A stretch of DNA of 64,000 bases from Candidatus Latescibacterota bacterium (GTDB lineage Bacteria; Latescibacterota; CBDEFO01), in the NCBI GenBank assembly GCA_965248755.1, contig OZ252149.1, forward strand, positions 1,888,001 to 1,952,000. The letters run 5' to 3'. Below the pieces are notes generated by a model. It was not told the DNA's origin. It made no database searches and was given only the letters and a program-made list of their open reading frames with translations. Position 1 is the stretch's first letter; the number at the start of each line of letters is the position of its first letter. Shown piece after piece: positions 9,121 to 18,937 of the stretch. A program made the position numbers and the translations under genes.

Positions 9121-11625
9121 ATGCACAGGCCAGGCATTCTGTCAATTGTTGCGATAACCGCAGTAATACTATCAACCTGCATGTCTAAGAAGGACGCCAT
9201 CGTAGCCACCGGAGGCAAAGCAGACGTGGAAAACAAGCTGGAGTTGGTGTTAAAACGGCTCAAGCACAAGGAAGGGTTACTGGCCCTGCCTGCGCTTTCG
9301 GAGAAGGCATGGGCGGTGGGACACGTCGGGCTGACGCTGGCACGGGGAAAGGCCGCCGAGGCTCAAAAAGAGGTTGCAGCAGGGAGATTTAAAGAGGCCC
9401 TGTCAGCCGTCGAGTCGTGCGAGAAGCTCCTCGACGCCAGTACGGACAAGGCGAAACTTATGCGTGGAGGGGGTGTGTCGGTTGGAACGGTGCTGGGACA
9501 CCCGTACATGGGCAATAAGAGGGCGGCTTACGTCTGGGCAAAGCCCGAAAACGGCGCGGGTCTCATGAGCATCTTCGACAGAGAAAGCGCGCGGGAACTC
9601 CTGACTGCAGCGCCTGAAAGTGCAACGTTCTGGGAGGTCATCGTCAAGAACGGCGCACCCCAGATAGAGTCATTCGCCGCCAACATCTCTTTTACAAACC
9701 AGGGGAGGCCCTGCAAGGTGAAATTCCACGCAGACGAGGCGGGAGGGCGACTGACCTTCCAGTGGTCAAAGGACATTGCCGTGGACGTGGAAACCCGCCT
9801 GCTTGCTGAAGAGGCCCTTCTGCGGGGAAGGCTCGAGGCGACCCATAAGAAAGGACTCATTTCGGTTGCCTTCCCGGTGGTGAACGGCATCAAACCGCTC
9901 ACGCCGGATTCGAGTCGAGACCAGATCCTGGACGCGGGAAAATTAGGAGACCTCAAGCCGTCTCCGCTTGTCAGCGGCAAGACGCCTGACTACACGGGGT
10001 GCCCCCCCGCGATGCAGTTCACTGCGCTCTTTGGAGACGGGCAGGGCCTCTACTTCGCCGAAGAGGACGGCCAGGCCAACCGCAAGCTGCTTACATGGAC
10101 GGCCTACTCCGGGCAAGACGGCAGCGGGTCAGCCTTCTCCGAAAAAGCCTACTACGAAAAAGCCGACGCAGAGGCAGACTTACTCATGTTCTCGATTGAG
10201 CATTGGGTCCCGGGCTGGGGCAGCGAGAAGCTGTCAAAAGAGTATCGTTCCCCGGGCGATCTGGTCCTGGGTCCGTTCCGTGGAGACTGGTACGACGCTG
10301 CAAGGATATATCGTAAATGGGCGCTTACGGCGCCTTGGTGCGCCAAGGGTCCGATATACGAGCGGGCCGACTACCCGAAGTGGTTCGCCGAAGCGCCGAA
10401 CTGGACGCTCGGCGGCTTAGGCGATGAAAGGGGCGTGGAGGCGGCTCTCGAAAAGCACGACTTCTACGAGGTCCCGACGATGATCTCGCATGTCTATAAT
10501 TACTACTTCGCGATGCACCAGGACGACCGGTATCCCGATAACTTCCCGCCCAGGCTCGGTTCTGTGGGATTGAAAAAAGTGGTCAAGCGCCTTCAGGCAA
10601 AGGGCATCAGGATCGTCCCCTACGTGAACGGCACGCTTGTGGACATGGATACCGACAGCTTTAGAATGGAGCACGCACAGAGAGAGGGTGCGGCCTGGCT
10701 GACGCCGGAGGCGGAACCGAACATCACCACCCGCTACGGCGGCGGCGCCTCCATGATGAGGATGTGTCCGGGAAGCCCGTACTGGAGAAAGCAGATGCTG
10801 GACGACGTCCGCGAGCTGATCGGCAGATACGGGATGGACGGGATCTACGTAGACTTCCTCACTGACCATATGGTAGACTGCTATAACAAGGCCCACGGAC
10901 ACGCGATCAGCGGAGGAAACTTCTGGGCCAAGGCGGTTCACGACCTCTACGCCCAGATGCAAGAGGTCGCCAAGGAACTCAACCCCGACTTCATACTCAC
11001 AAGCGAGGGCGTGGGCGAATACTGCATAGACGTAAACGAGACATTCCTCAGCAGCCAGACGACGCACACCCCTGCGCCCCTCTTCCACGCTGTCTATCAC
11101 GGCTATTCTAACCTCTACGGCGGAGTCTACGGCAAGACTGACCCTCTCTACGTAGGCCGCTGGTGGCTCATGGGGTCTCAGAACGGGTGGCACGGCGGCC
11201 ATCTGGCGGCGGGCACATACTACAGGGATCTCCTGAAGTGCCGGTGGGAGTTCGGCACTCCCTACCTCGGATACGGAGAGATGCTCAGACCCCCGAAAAT
11301 AGACGGCGGACTACCGACAGTCTCAGGGAAAACCGGGTACGGGTCATTCACAGTGCAGGTCGTCGAGGGGAGCGCATGGAAGGCCCCCGACGGCACGGTG
11401 GGCATATTCTTCCTCAACTACGACGAGGAGAACGCACACGACTTCAACTGGTCTGTCGATCTGGCCGAGACGGGGATAGATAAATCTAAGAAGCTCAGGA
11501 TGTCCAGATGGACTCAAGCTTCCGGACTGTCGCCGGTCAAGGAAGTCGAGGGAGGCAAACTAACGGAGAAGATGCGGATCGAACCGTTGGGAACAATTGC
11601 ACTCAAGCTGGAGGTAATACAGTGA
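9121..11625 (+). CDS. DUF6259-like protein, copy 2
   Basis: Paralogue of 5362-7929 with the same RBS and start. Confidence 0.7.
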   Translation: MHRPGILSIVAITAVILSTCMSKKDAIVATGGKADVENKLELVLKRLKHKEGLLALPALSEKAWAVGHVGLTLARGKAAEAQKEVAAGRFKEALSAVESCEKLLDASTDKAKLMRGGGVSVGTVLGHPYMGNKRAAYVWAKPENGAGLMSIFDRESARELLTAAPESATFWEVIVKNGAPQIESFAANISFTNQGRPCKVKFHADEAGGRLTFQWSKDIAVDVETRLLAEEALLRGRLEATHKKGLISVAFPVVNGIKPLTPDSSRDQILDAGKLGDLKPSPLVSGKTPDYTGCPPAMQFTALFGDGQGLYFAEEDGQANRKLLTWTAYSGQDGSGSAFSEKAYYEKADAEADLLMFSIEHWVPGWGSEKLSKEYRSPGDLVLGPFRGDWYDAARIYRKWALTAPWCAKGPIYERADYPKWFAEAPNWTLGGLGDERGVEAALEKHDFYEVPTMISHVYNYYFAMHQDDRYPDNFPPRLGSVGLKKVVKRLQAKGIRIVPYVNGTLVDMDTDSFRMEHAQREGAAWLTPEAEPNITTRYGGGASMMRMCPGSPYWRKQMLDDVRELIGRYGMDGIYVDFLTDHMVDCYNKAHGHAISGGNFWAKAVHDLYAQMQEVAKELNPDFILTSEGVGEYCIDVNETFLSSQTTHTPAPLFHAVYHGYSNLYGGVYGKTDPLYVGRWWLMGSQNGWHGGHLAAGTYYRDLLKCRWEFGTPYLGYGEMLRPPKIDGGLPTVSGKTGYGSFTVQVVEGSAWKAPDGTVGIFFLNYDEENAHDFNWSVDLAETGIDKSKKLRMSRWTQASGLSPVKEVEGGKLTEKMRIEPLGTIALKLEVIQ

Positions 11626-12530
11626 GAACGAAGGCTCTCGTAACTCTTATGTATATCTTGACGGGCATGGCGGTGCAGGCAGATTCCGAAGGAAACAAAT
11701 CCATGAAAGTAGAACTGAAGACTCCCGATAATTGCGTTGCGGCCAGCGGCGCCGTGGCAGGCGCAGACGGTTGGGCCGACCGCATCATCCACGAGAAGAC
11801 CGGCATCCAGCTTGTCTTCATTCCGGCAGGCAGCTTTATGATGGGTTCAAGGCAGCCCAGAGGTGGAAACTTCCCCCAACATGCGGTAGATGTCAAAGAG
11901 CCGTTTTATATAGGTAAGACCCAGGTCACAAACGCCGCTTACCGCATCTTCCTGGATGCAACTTCTTACGACGGGAAAGGGGATACCGACCCAGCCTACG
12001 ACCTATATCTTCGCCACTTTCGGGGAAAGAGTCTCATGTCCAAGGACGATGACTACCCGATCGTGTGGGTAAGCTGGAACAACGCCGCCGCATTCTGCAA
12101 ATGGGCGGGACTGAAACTCCCTACTGAAGCCCAGTGGGAGTACGCCTGCCGCGCCGGTACCACCACACCCTACTACTTCGGCCAAGACGAGAAGAACGCC
12201 GGCGACTATGGGTGGTCCCATACCAACAGCGAAGCCCTGACCCACCCTGTAGCCCTGAAGAAGCCCAACGCCTGGGGCCTTTACGACATGCACGGCAATG
12301 TCTGGGAATGGGTGGAGGACGATTTCGTGGGCAGCTACGACGGCGCGCCTGTTGACGGCTCCGCGCGCATAGAGGGCATGATGACCAAGGCGCTGCGAGG
12401 GGGGTCGTGGAGCAACAATACCTGGTTCTATGTGTTCGGCAGCTCGGGACGCTTTAACAGCGCCCCCGGTAACGCCTCAAACGATGTGGGATTCAGAGTT
12501 TCCCTGCCCATCAGCACGCCTGCGCATTAG
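11622..12530 (+). CDS. FGE-sulfatase domain protein, copy 2
   Basis: GTGA start/stop overlap with upstream gene, GGAGGT RBS, same motifs as copy 1. Confidence 0.88.
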   Translation: MRTKALVTLMYILTGMAVQADSEGNKSMKVELKTPDNCVAASGAVAGADGWADRIIHEKTGIQLVFIPAGSFMMGSRQPRGGNFPQHAVDVKEPFYIGKTQVTNAAYRIFLDATSYDGKGDTDPAYDLYLRHFRGKSLMSKDDDYPIVWVSWNNAAAFCKWAGLKLPTEAQWEYACRAGTTTPYYFGQDEKNAGDYGWSHTNSEALTHPVALKKPNAWGLYDMHGNVWEWVEDDFVGSYDGAPVDGSARIEGMMTKALRGGSWSNNTWFYVFGSSGRFNSAPGNASNDVGFRVSLPISTPAH

Positions 12531-12659
12531 GTGCGTCCAGTTCATAATGACCCAAAGTAACTAACGTTATTGGGAGGCTACCTAACCCCGAATTCTGACG
12601 CCTGCAACGCAGGCGCTGACTCTATCGGGGGCCGCCGTCCACTAAAAAAGGAGGACCTG

Positions 12660-15185
12660 ATGCACAGGCCAGGAATTCTGTCAACTATTGCGATAACCGC
12701 AGTAGTACTATCAACCTTCGTCTCTGAGAAGGACGCCATGGCCGTCGCCACCGGCAAAGCAGCAGTGGAAAAGAAGCTGGAGTTGGTGTTAAAACGGCTC
12801 AAGCACAAGCAAGGGTTACTGGCCCGTCCGGGCCCATCGGAGAAGGCATGGGCGGTGGGACACGTGGGGCTGACGCTGGCACGGGGGGTGGCAAAAGAGG
12901 CTCAAAAAGAGGCTGAAGCAGGGAGATTCACAGAAGCGCTGTCATCCGTCGAGTCTTGCGAGAAGCTCCTCGACGCCAGCACGGACAAGGCAAAACTCAT
13001 GCAAGGAGGGGGTGTGTCGGTGGGAACGGTGCTGGGACACCCGTACATGGGCAATAAGATGGCAGCTTACGTCTGGGCAAAGCCCGAAGACGGCGCGGGT
13101 CTCATGAGCATCTTCGACAGAGAAAGATCGCGGGAACTCCTAACTCCAGATCCTACAAGCGCGGCGTTCTGGGAGGTCATCGTCAAGGACGGCGCGCGCC
13201 CGAATGATGATATCGGGGCCGGAACCTCTTTTTCAAACCAGGGGAGACCCTGCAAGGTGAAATTCCACGCAGACGATGCGGGAGGACGAATGATCTTCCG
13301 ATGGTCAAAGGGGATAACTGTAGAGGTCGAGCAGCGCCTGGACGCCGAAGAGGCCCTTCTGCGGGGAAGGCTCGAGGCCACCCATAAGAAAGGACTAATT
13401 TCGGTTATGTTCCCGGTGGTGAACGGCATCAAACCGCTCACGCCGGATTCGGTGGGAGACCAGATCCTGTACACGGGGAGATTCGGAGACCTGAAGCCGT
13501 CTCCGTTTACCAGCGGCGAGACGCCCCACTATACGGGGTGCCCGCCTGCGATGCAGTTCACGGCACTCACAGGTGACGGGCAGGGCCTCTACTTTGCCGA
13601 AGAGGATGGCCAGGTCAACCGCAAGCTGCTTACATGGAGAGCCTACTCCGGGCGTGCCGGCGCCGGGACAGCCTACTCCGAAAAAGCCGACAGCCCATCG
13701 CGTCGTCCGATCTCCGGGGAAACCGATCCAGACGCAGACTTACTCATGTTCTCGATCGAGCATTACGTTTTAGGCTGGGGCAGCGAGAAGCCGTCAAAAG
13801 AGTATCGTTCCCCCGGCGATCTGGTGCTGGGACCGTTTTCCGGAGACTGGTACGACGCTGCAAGGATATATCGGAAATGGGCGCTTACGGCGCCGTGGTG
13901 TGCCAAGGGTCCGATATACGAGCGGGCGGACTACCCGAAGTGGTTCCTGGAAGCGCCCTACTGGACGTTCGGCGACCTAGGCGATGAAAGGGGCATAGAG
14001 GAGGCGCTCGAAAAGCAGGCCTTCTACGAGGTCCCCACGATGATCTCGCACGTCTATAACTACTACTTTCCGATGCACCAGGACGACCGGTATCCCGAAT
14101 ACTTCCCGCCCAGGCTCGGTTCTGTGGGATTGAAAGAAACGGTGGTGCGCCTTCAAGAAAAGGGCATCAGGATCGTCCCCTACGTGAACGGCACGCTTGT
14201 GGACATGGATACCGACAGCTTCAGGATGGAAAACGCAGAGAGAGAGGGGGCGCTCTGGCTGAACCCGGAGGCGGAACCGAACACCACGATCCGCTACGGC
14301 GGCGGCGCCTCCATGATGAGGATGTGCCCGGGAAGCCCGTACTGGAGAAAGCAGATGCTGGACGACACCCGCGAGCTGATCGGCAGATACGGGATGGACG
14401 GGATCTACGTAGACTTCCTCACCGACCATATGTTAGACTGCTACAACAAGGCCCACGGACACGCAATCACCGGAGGAACTTTCTGGACCAAGGCGGTTCA
14501 CGACCTCTACGAAGAGATGCACAAGGTCGGCAAGGAACTCAACCCCGACTTCATACTCACAAGCGAGGGAGTGGGCGAATACGTCATAGACGTACACGAG
14601 ACGTTCTTCTGCAACGGGACGACGGGCAGTCAAGCCCCCCTCTTCCACGCCGTCTATCACGGCTATTCTAACATCTACGGCGGATGCTATGGCAAGACCG
14701 ATCCTCTCCACGTGGGCCGCTGGTGGCTCATGGGATCTCAGAACGGCTGGCACGGCGGCCATCTGAGGGCGGGCACATACTACAGGGATCTCCTGAAGTG
14801 CCGGTGGGAGTTCGGCACTCCCTACCTCGGATACGGAGAGATGCTCAGACCCCCGAAAATAGGGGGCGGACTCCCGACAGTCTCAAGCACAAGCGGTTAC
14901 GGGACAATCACAGTGCCAGCAGTTGAAGGGAGCGCATGGAAGGCCCCCGACGGCACGGTGGGCATATTCTTTCTCAACTATGACGAGGAGAAGCCGCACG
15001 ACTTCAACTGGGCGGTGGATCTAGCTGAGACAGGGATAGACAAATATAAGAAGCTCAGGATGTCCAGATGGACTCAAGCTTCCGGGCTGTCGCTGATCAA
15101 GGAAGTCGAGGGAGGCAAACTGGCAGAGAAGATGAGGATCGAACCGTTGGGAACAATTGCACTCAAGCTGGAGGTAATACAGTGA
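12660..15185 (+). CDS. DUF6259-like protein, copy 3
   Basis: Paralogue; AGGAGG RBS then MHRPGILS. Confidence 0.7.
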   Translation: MHRPGILSTIAITAVVLSTFVSEKDAMAVATGKAAVEKKLELVLKRLKHKQGLLARPGPSEKAWAVGHVGLTLARGVAKEAQKEAEAGRFTEALSSVESCEKLLDASTDKAKLMQGGGVSVGTVLGHPYMGNKMAAYVWAKPEDGAGLMSIFDRERSRELLTPDPTSAAFWEVIVKDGARPNDDIGAGTSFSNQGRPCKVKFHADDAGGRMIFRWSKGITVEVEQRLDAEEALLRGRLEATHKKGLISVMFPVVNGIKPLTPDSVGDQILYTGRFGDLKPSPFTSGETPHYTGCPPAMQFTALTGDGQGLYFAEEDGQVNRKLLTWRAYSGRAGAGTAYSEKADSPSRRPISGETDPDADLLMFSIEHYVLGWGSEKPSKEYRSPGDLVLGPFSGDWYDAARIYRKWALTAPWCAKGPIYERADYPKWFLEAPYWTFGDLGDERGIEEALEKQAFYEVPTMISHVYNYYFPMHQDDRYPEYFPPRLGSVGLKETVVRLQEKGIRIVPYVNGTLVDMDTDSFRMENAEREGALWLNPEAEPNTTIRYGGGASMMRMCPGSPYWRKQMLDDTRELIGRYGMDGIYVDFLTDHMLDCYNKAHGHAITGGTFWTKAVHDLYEEMHKVGKELNPDFILTSEGVGEYVIDVHETFFCNGTTGSQAPLFHAVYHGYSNIYGGCYGKTDPLHVGRWWLMGSQNGWHGGHLRAGTYYRDLLKCRWEFGTPYLGYGEMLRPPKIGGGLPTVSSTSGYGTITVPAVEGSAWKAPDGTVGIFFLNYDEEKPHDFNWAVDLAETGIDKYKKLRMSRWTQASGLSLIKEVEGGKLAEKMRIEPLGTIALKLEVIQ

Positions 15186-16081
15186 GAACGAAGGCTCTCG
15201 TAACTCTTATGTATATCTTGACGGGCATGGCGGTGCAGGCAGATTCCGAAGGAAACAAATCCATGAAAGTAGAACTGAAGACTCCCGATAATTGCGTTGC
15301 GGCCAGCGGCGCCGTGGCAGGCGCAGACGGTTGGGCCGACCGCATCATCCACGAAAAGACCGGTATCGAGCTTGTCTTCATTCCGGCAGGCAGCTTTACG
15401 ATGGGGTCGAGAGAGGCCAGACCCGTACACCCCGTAGATGTCAAAGAGCCTTTCTACATAGCTAAGACCGAGATCACAAACGCCCTTTACCGCAGCTTCC
15501 TGGATGCATCCCATTACGACGGGAAAGGGGATACCGACCCGGCCTACGACCTCTATCTTCGCCACTTTCGGGGAAAGAGTCTCATGTCCAGCGACGACGA
15601 CTACCCGGTCGTGTGGGTAAGCTGGAATAACGCCAAGGCCTTCTGCAGTTGGGCGGGACTGAAACTCCCTACTGAAGCCCAGTGGGAGTACGCCTGCCGC
15701 GCCGGCACCACCACACCCTACTACTTCGGCGAAGACGACAAGAACGCCGGCGACTATGGGTGGTCCCATACGAACAGCGAAGCCCTGACCCACCCAGTAG
15801 CCCTGAAGAAGCCCAACGCCTGGGGCCTTTATGACATGCACGGCAATGTCTGGGAATGGGTGGAGGACGATTTCGTGGGGAACTACGATGGCGCCCCTGT
15901 TGACGGCTCCGCGCGCATAGAGGGCAAGATGACGAAGGCCCTGCGGGGAGGATCGTGGAGCAACAATACCTGGGACTATGTGTTCGGCAGCTCGGGACGC
16001 TTTAACACGGCCCCCGGTAACGCCTCAAACGATGTGGGATTCAGAGTGGCTCTACCCATCAGCACGCCTCCACACAAATAG
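15182..16081 (+). CDS. FGE-sulfatase domain protein, copy 3
   Basis: GTGA overlap; same motifs. Confidence 0.88.
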   Translation: MRTKALVTLMYILTGMAVQADSEGNKSMKVELKTPDNCVAASGAVAGADGWADRIIHEKTGIELVFIPAGSFTMGSREARPVHPVDVKEPFYIAKTEITNALYRSFLDASHYDGKGDTDPAYDLYLRHFRGKSLMSSDDDYPVVWVSWNNAKAFCSWAGLKLPTEAQWEYACRAGTTTPYYFGEDDKNAGDYGWSHTNSEALTHPVALKKPNAWGLYDMHGNVWEWVEDDFVGNYDGAPVDGSARIEGKMTKALRGGSWSNNTWDYVFGSSGRFNTAPGNASNDVGFRVALPISTPPHK

Positions 16082-16369
16082 CGTCCCTCCCGAAGCAATC
16101 TTCGGATATAACTGACAGATTGTAGGGGCGATCCCCGATTGACTCAATCGACGTCCACTCGCCCCGGGGCAGACACACGGGTCTGCCCCTACAACACATG
16201 TATATAGGACGAACCTATGTGTTCGCCCAGATAGACAAATCATCGCCTCTGAACGCCTCAGCCATTGCGAGGCTACCTACCCCCGAATTCTGACGCCTAC
16301 AGAGTAGGCGCTAATTCTATCGGGGGTTACTGTTTACTGTCTTGCCGTCCACTAAAAAAGGAGGACCTG

Positions 16370-18937
16370 ATGCACAGGCCAGGCATTCTGTCAACTATTG
16401 CGATAACCGCAGTAATACTATCATCCTTCATCTCTGAGAGGGACGCTATGGCAGCCACCGGAGGGAAAGAAGACGTAAAAAACAAACTGGAGGCGGTGTT
16501 AGAACGGCTCAAACACAAGCAGGGGTTACTGGCCCGCCCGGGGCCTTCGGAGAAGGCATGGGCGGTGGGACACGTGGGGCTGACGCTGGCACGAGGGGCG
16601 GCAGCAGAGGCTCAAAAAGAGGCTCAAGCAGGGAGATTCACAGAGGCGCTGTCAGCCGTCGAGTCTTGCGAGAAGCTCCTCGACGCAAGTACGGACGAGG
16701 CCAAACTTACGCAAGGAGGGGGTGTGTCGGTTGGAACGGTGCTGGGACACCCGTACATGGGCAATAAGAGGGCAGCTTACGTGTGGGCAAAGCCAGAAGA
16801 CGGTGCGGGTCTCATGAGCATCTTCGACAGAGAAAGGTCGCGGGAACTCCTAACTCCAGATCCTACAAGCGCGGCGCTCTGGGAGGTCATGGTCACTGAG
16901 GATCCTCAAGAACTTTGCAGAGATAACATGAAGGAGGGCGACTCTGATACCTCTTTCTGGTCGTGGGACCTGATAATGAAGAGGTTATCCACTTTTTCAA
17001 ACCAGGGGAGACCCTGCACGGTGAAATTCCACGCAGACGAGGCGGGAGGCCGACTGGTCTTCCGGTGGTCAAAGGACATAACTGTAGAGGTCGAGCAGCG
17101 CCTGGTTTCTGAAGAAGCCCTTCTGCGAGGAAGGATCGAGACACGCGCTAAGCAGAAGAAAACGGGACCCATGGTGGTTAATTTCCCGGTAGTGACCGGC
17201 ATCAAACCGCTCACGCCGGATTCGATCGGAGACCAGATCCTGCACACGGGCAGATTCGGAGACCTGAAGCCGTCTCCGCTTACCAGCGGTAAGACGCCCG
17301 AGCACACGTCGTGCCCCCCCGCGATGCAGTTCACTGCGCTCTTTGGAGACGGGCAGGGCCTCTACTTCGCGGATCACGACGGCCAGGGCAACCGCAAGCT
17401 GCTTACATGGACAGCCTACTCCGAAAAAGCCGGCGCCGGGTCAGCCTACTCCGAAAAAGCCTACTACGAAAAAGTCCACGCAGACGCAGACCTGCTCATG
17501 TTCTCGATCGAGCATCCGGTCCCGGACTGGGGCAGCGATAAGCCGCCAAATGAGTATCGTTCCCCGGGAGATCTGGTCCTGGGACCGTTCCCCGGAGATT
17601 GGTACGACGCAGCAAGGATATATCGGAAATGGGCGCTTACGGCTCCGTGGTGTGCCAAGGGTCCGATATACGAGCGGGCGGACTACCCGAAGTGGTTCCT
17701 GGAAGCGCCTTACTGGACGTTCGGCAACCTGGGCGCAGAAGAGGGCATAGAGGCGGCGCTCGAAAAGCAGGCCTTCTACGAGGTCCCCACGATGATCTCG
17801 CACGTCTATAACTACTACTTTCCGATGCACCAGGACGACCGGTATCCCGAATACTTCCCGCCCAGGCTCGGTTCTGTGGGATTGAAAGAAACGGTCAAGC
17901 GCCTTCAGGAAAAGGGCATCAGGATCGTCCCCTACGTGAACGGCACGCTTGTGGACATGGATACCGACAGCTTTAGAATGGAGCACGCAGAGAGAGAGGG
18001 GGCGCTCTGGCTGACCCCCGACGCGGAAGTGAACATCACCACCCGCTACGGCGGCGGCGCCTCCATGATGAGGATGTGTCCGGGAAGCCCGCACTGGAGA
18101 AAGCAGATGCTGGACGACACCCGCGAGCTGATCGGCAGATACGGGATGGACGGGATCTACGTAGACTTCCTCACCGACCATCTGTTAGACTGCTTCAACA
18201 AGGACCACGGACACTCAATCTCCGGAGGAAACTTCTGGACCAAGGCGGTTCACGACCTCTACGAGGAGATGCACAAGGTCGGCAAGGAACTCAACCCCGA
18301 CTTCATACTCACAAGCGAGGGAGTGGGCGAATACTGCATAGACGTTCACGAGGTATTCTTCTGCAACGGGACGACGGGAAGCTCAGCGCCGCTCTTTCAC
18401 GCCGTCTATCACGGCTATTCCAACATCTACGGCGGAGTCTATGGCAAGACCGACCCTCTCCACGTGGGCCGCTGGTGGCTCATGGGGTCTCAGAACGGGT
18501 GGCACGGCGGCCATCTGGCGGCGGGCGCATACTACAGGGATCTCCTGAAGTGTCGATGGGAGTTCGGGACTCCCTACCTCGGATACGGAGAGATGCTCAG
18601 ACCCCCGAAAATAGAGGGCGAACTCCCGGAGGTCTCATCGACAAGCGGTTACGGGACGATCACAGTGCCGGCCGTCGAGGGGAGCGCATGGAAGGCCCCC
18701 GACGGCACGGTGGGCATATTCTTCCTCAACTATGACGAGGAGAAGGCGCACGACTTCGACTGGGCGGTAGATCTGGCTGAGACGGGGATAAATAAATCTA
18801 AGAAGCTCAGGATGTCCAGATGGACTCAAGCTTCCGGGCTGTCGCCGGTCAAGGAAGTCGAGGGAGGCAAACTGGCAGAGAAGATGAGGATCGAACCGTT
18901 GGGCACAATTGCACTCAAGCTGGAAGTAATAGAGTGA
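16370..18937 (+). CDS. DUF6259-like protein, copy 4
   Basis: Paralogue; protein identical to copy 1 from ASTDEAKLT to the end. Confidence 0.7.
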   Translation: MHRPGILSTIAITAVILSSFISERDAMAATGGKEDVKNKLEAVLERLKHKQGLLARPGPSEKAWAVGHVGLTLARGAAAEAQKEAQAGRFTEALSAVESCEKLLDASTDEAKLTQGGGVSVGTVLGHPYMGNKRAAYVWAKPEDGAGLMSIFDRERSRELLTPDPTSAALWEVMVTEDPQELCRDNMKEGDSDTSFWSWDLIMKRLSTFSNQGRPCTVKFHADEAGGRLVFRWSKDITVEVEQRLVSEEALLRGRIETRAKQKKTGPMVVNFPVVTGIKPLTPDSIGDQILHTGRFGDLKPSPLTSGKTPEHTSCPPAMQFTALFGDGQGLYFADHDGQGNRKLLTWTAYSEKAGAGSAYSEKAYYEKVHADADLLMFSIEHPVPDWGSDKPPNEYRSPGDLVLGPFPGDWYDAARIYRKWALTAPWCAKGPIYERADYPKWFLEAPYWTFGNLGAEEGIEAALEKQAFYEVPTMISHVYNYYFPMHQDDRYPEYFPPRLGSVGLKETVKRLQEKGIRIVPYVNGTLVDMDTDSFRMEHAEREGALWLTPDAEVNITTRYGGGASMMRMCPGSPHWRKQMLDDTRELIGRYGMDGIYVDFLTDHLLDCFNKDHGHSISGGNFWTKAVHDLYEEMHKVGKELNPDFILTSEGVGEYCIDVHEVFFCNGTTGSSAPLFHAVYHGYSNIYGGVYGKTDPLHVGRWWLMGSQNGWHGGHLAAGAYYRDLLKCRWEFGTPYLGYGEMLRPPKIEGELPEVSSTSGYGTITVPAVEGSAWKAPDGTVGIFFLNYDEEKAHDFDWAVDLAETGINKSKKLRMSRWTQASGLSPVKEVEGGKLAEKMRIEPLGTIALKLEVIE

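Noticed and set aside
5278..18933. Extended N-termini given by the ORF track (5278, 11508, 12570, 15068, 16265, 18820)
   Set aside because: RBS positions and paralogue alignment support starts at 5362, 11622, 12660, 15182, 16370 and 18934
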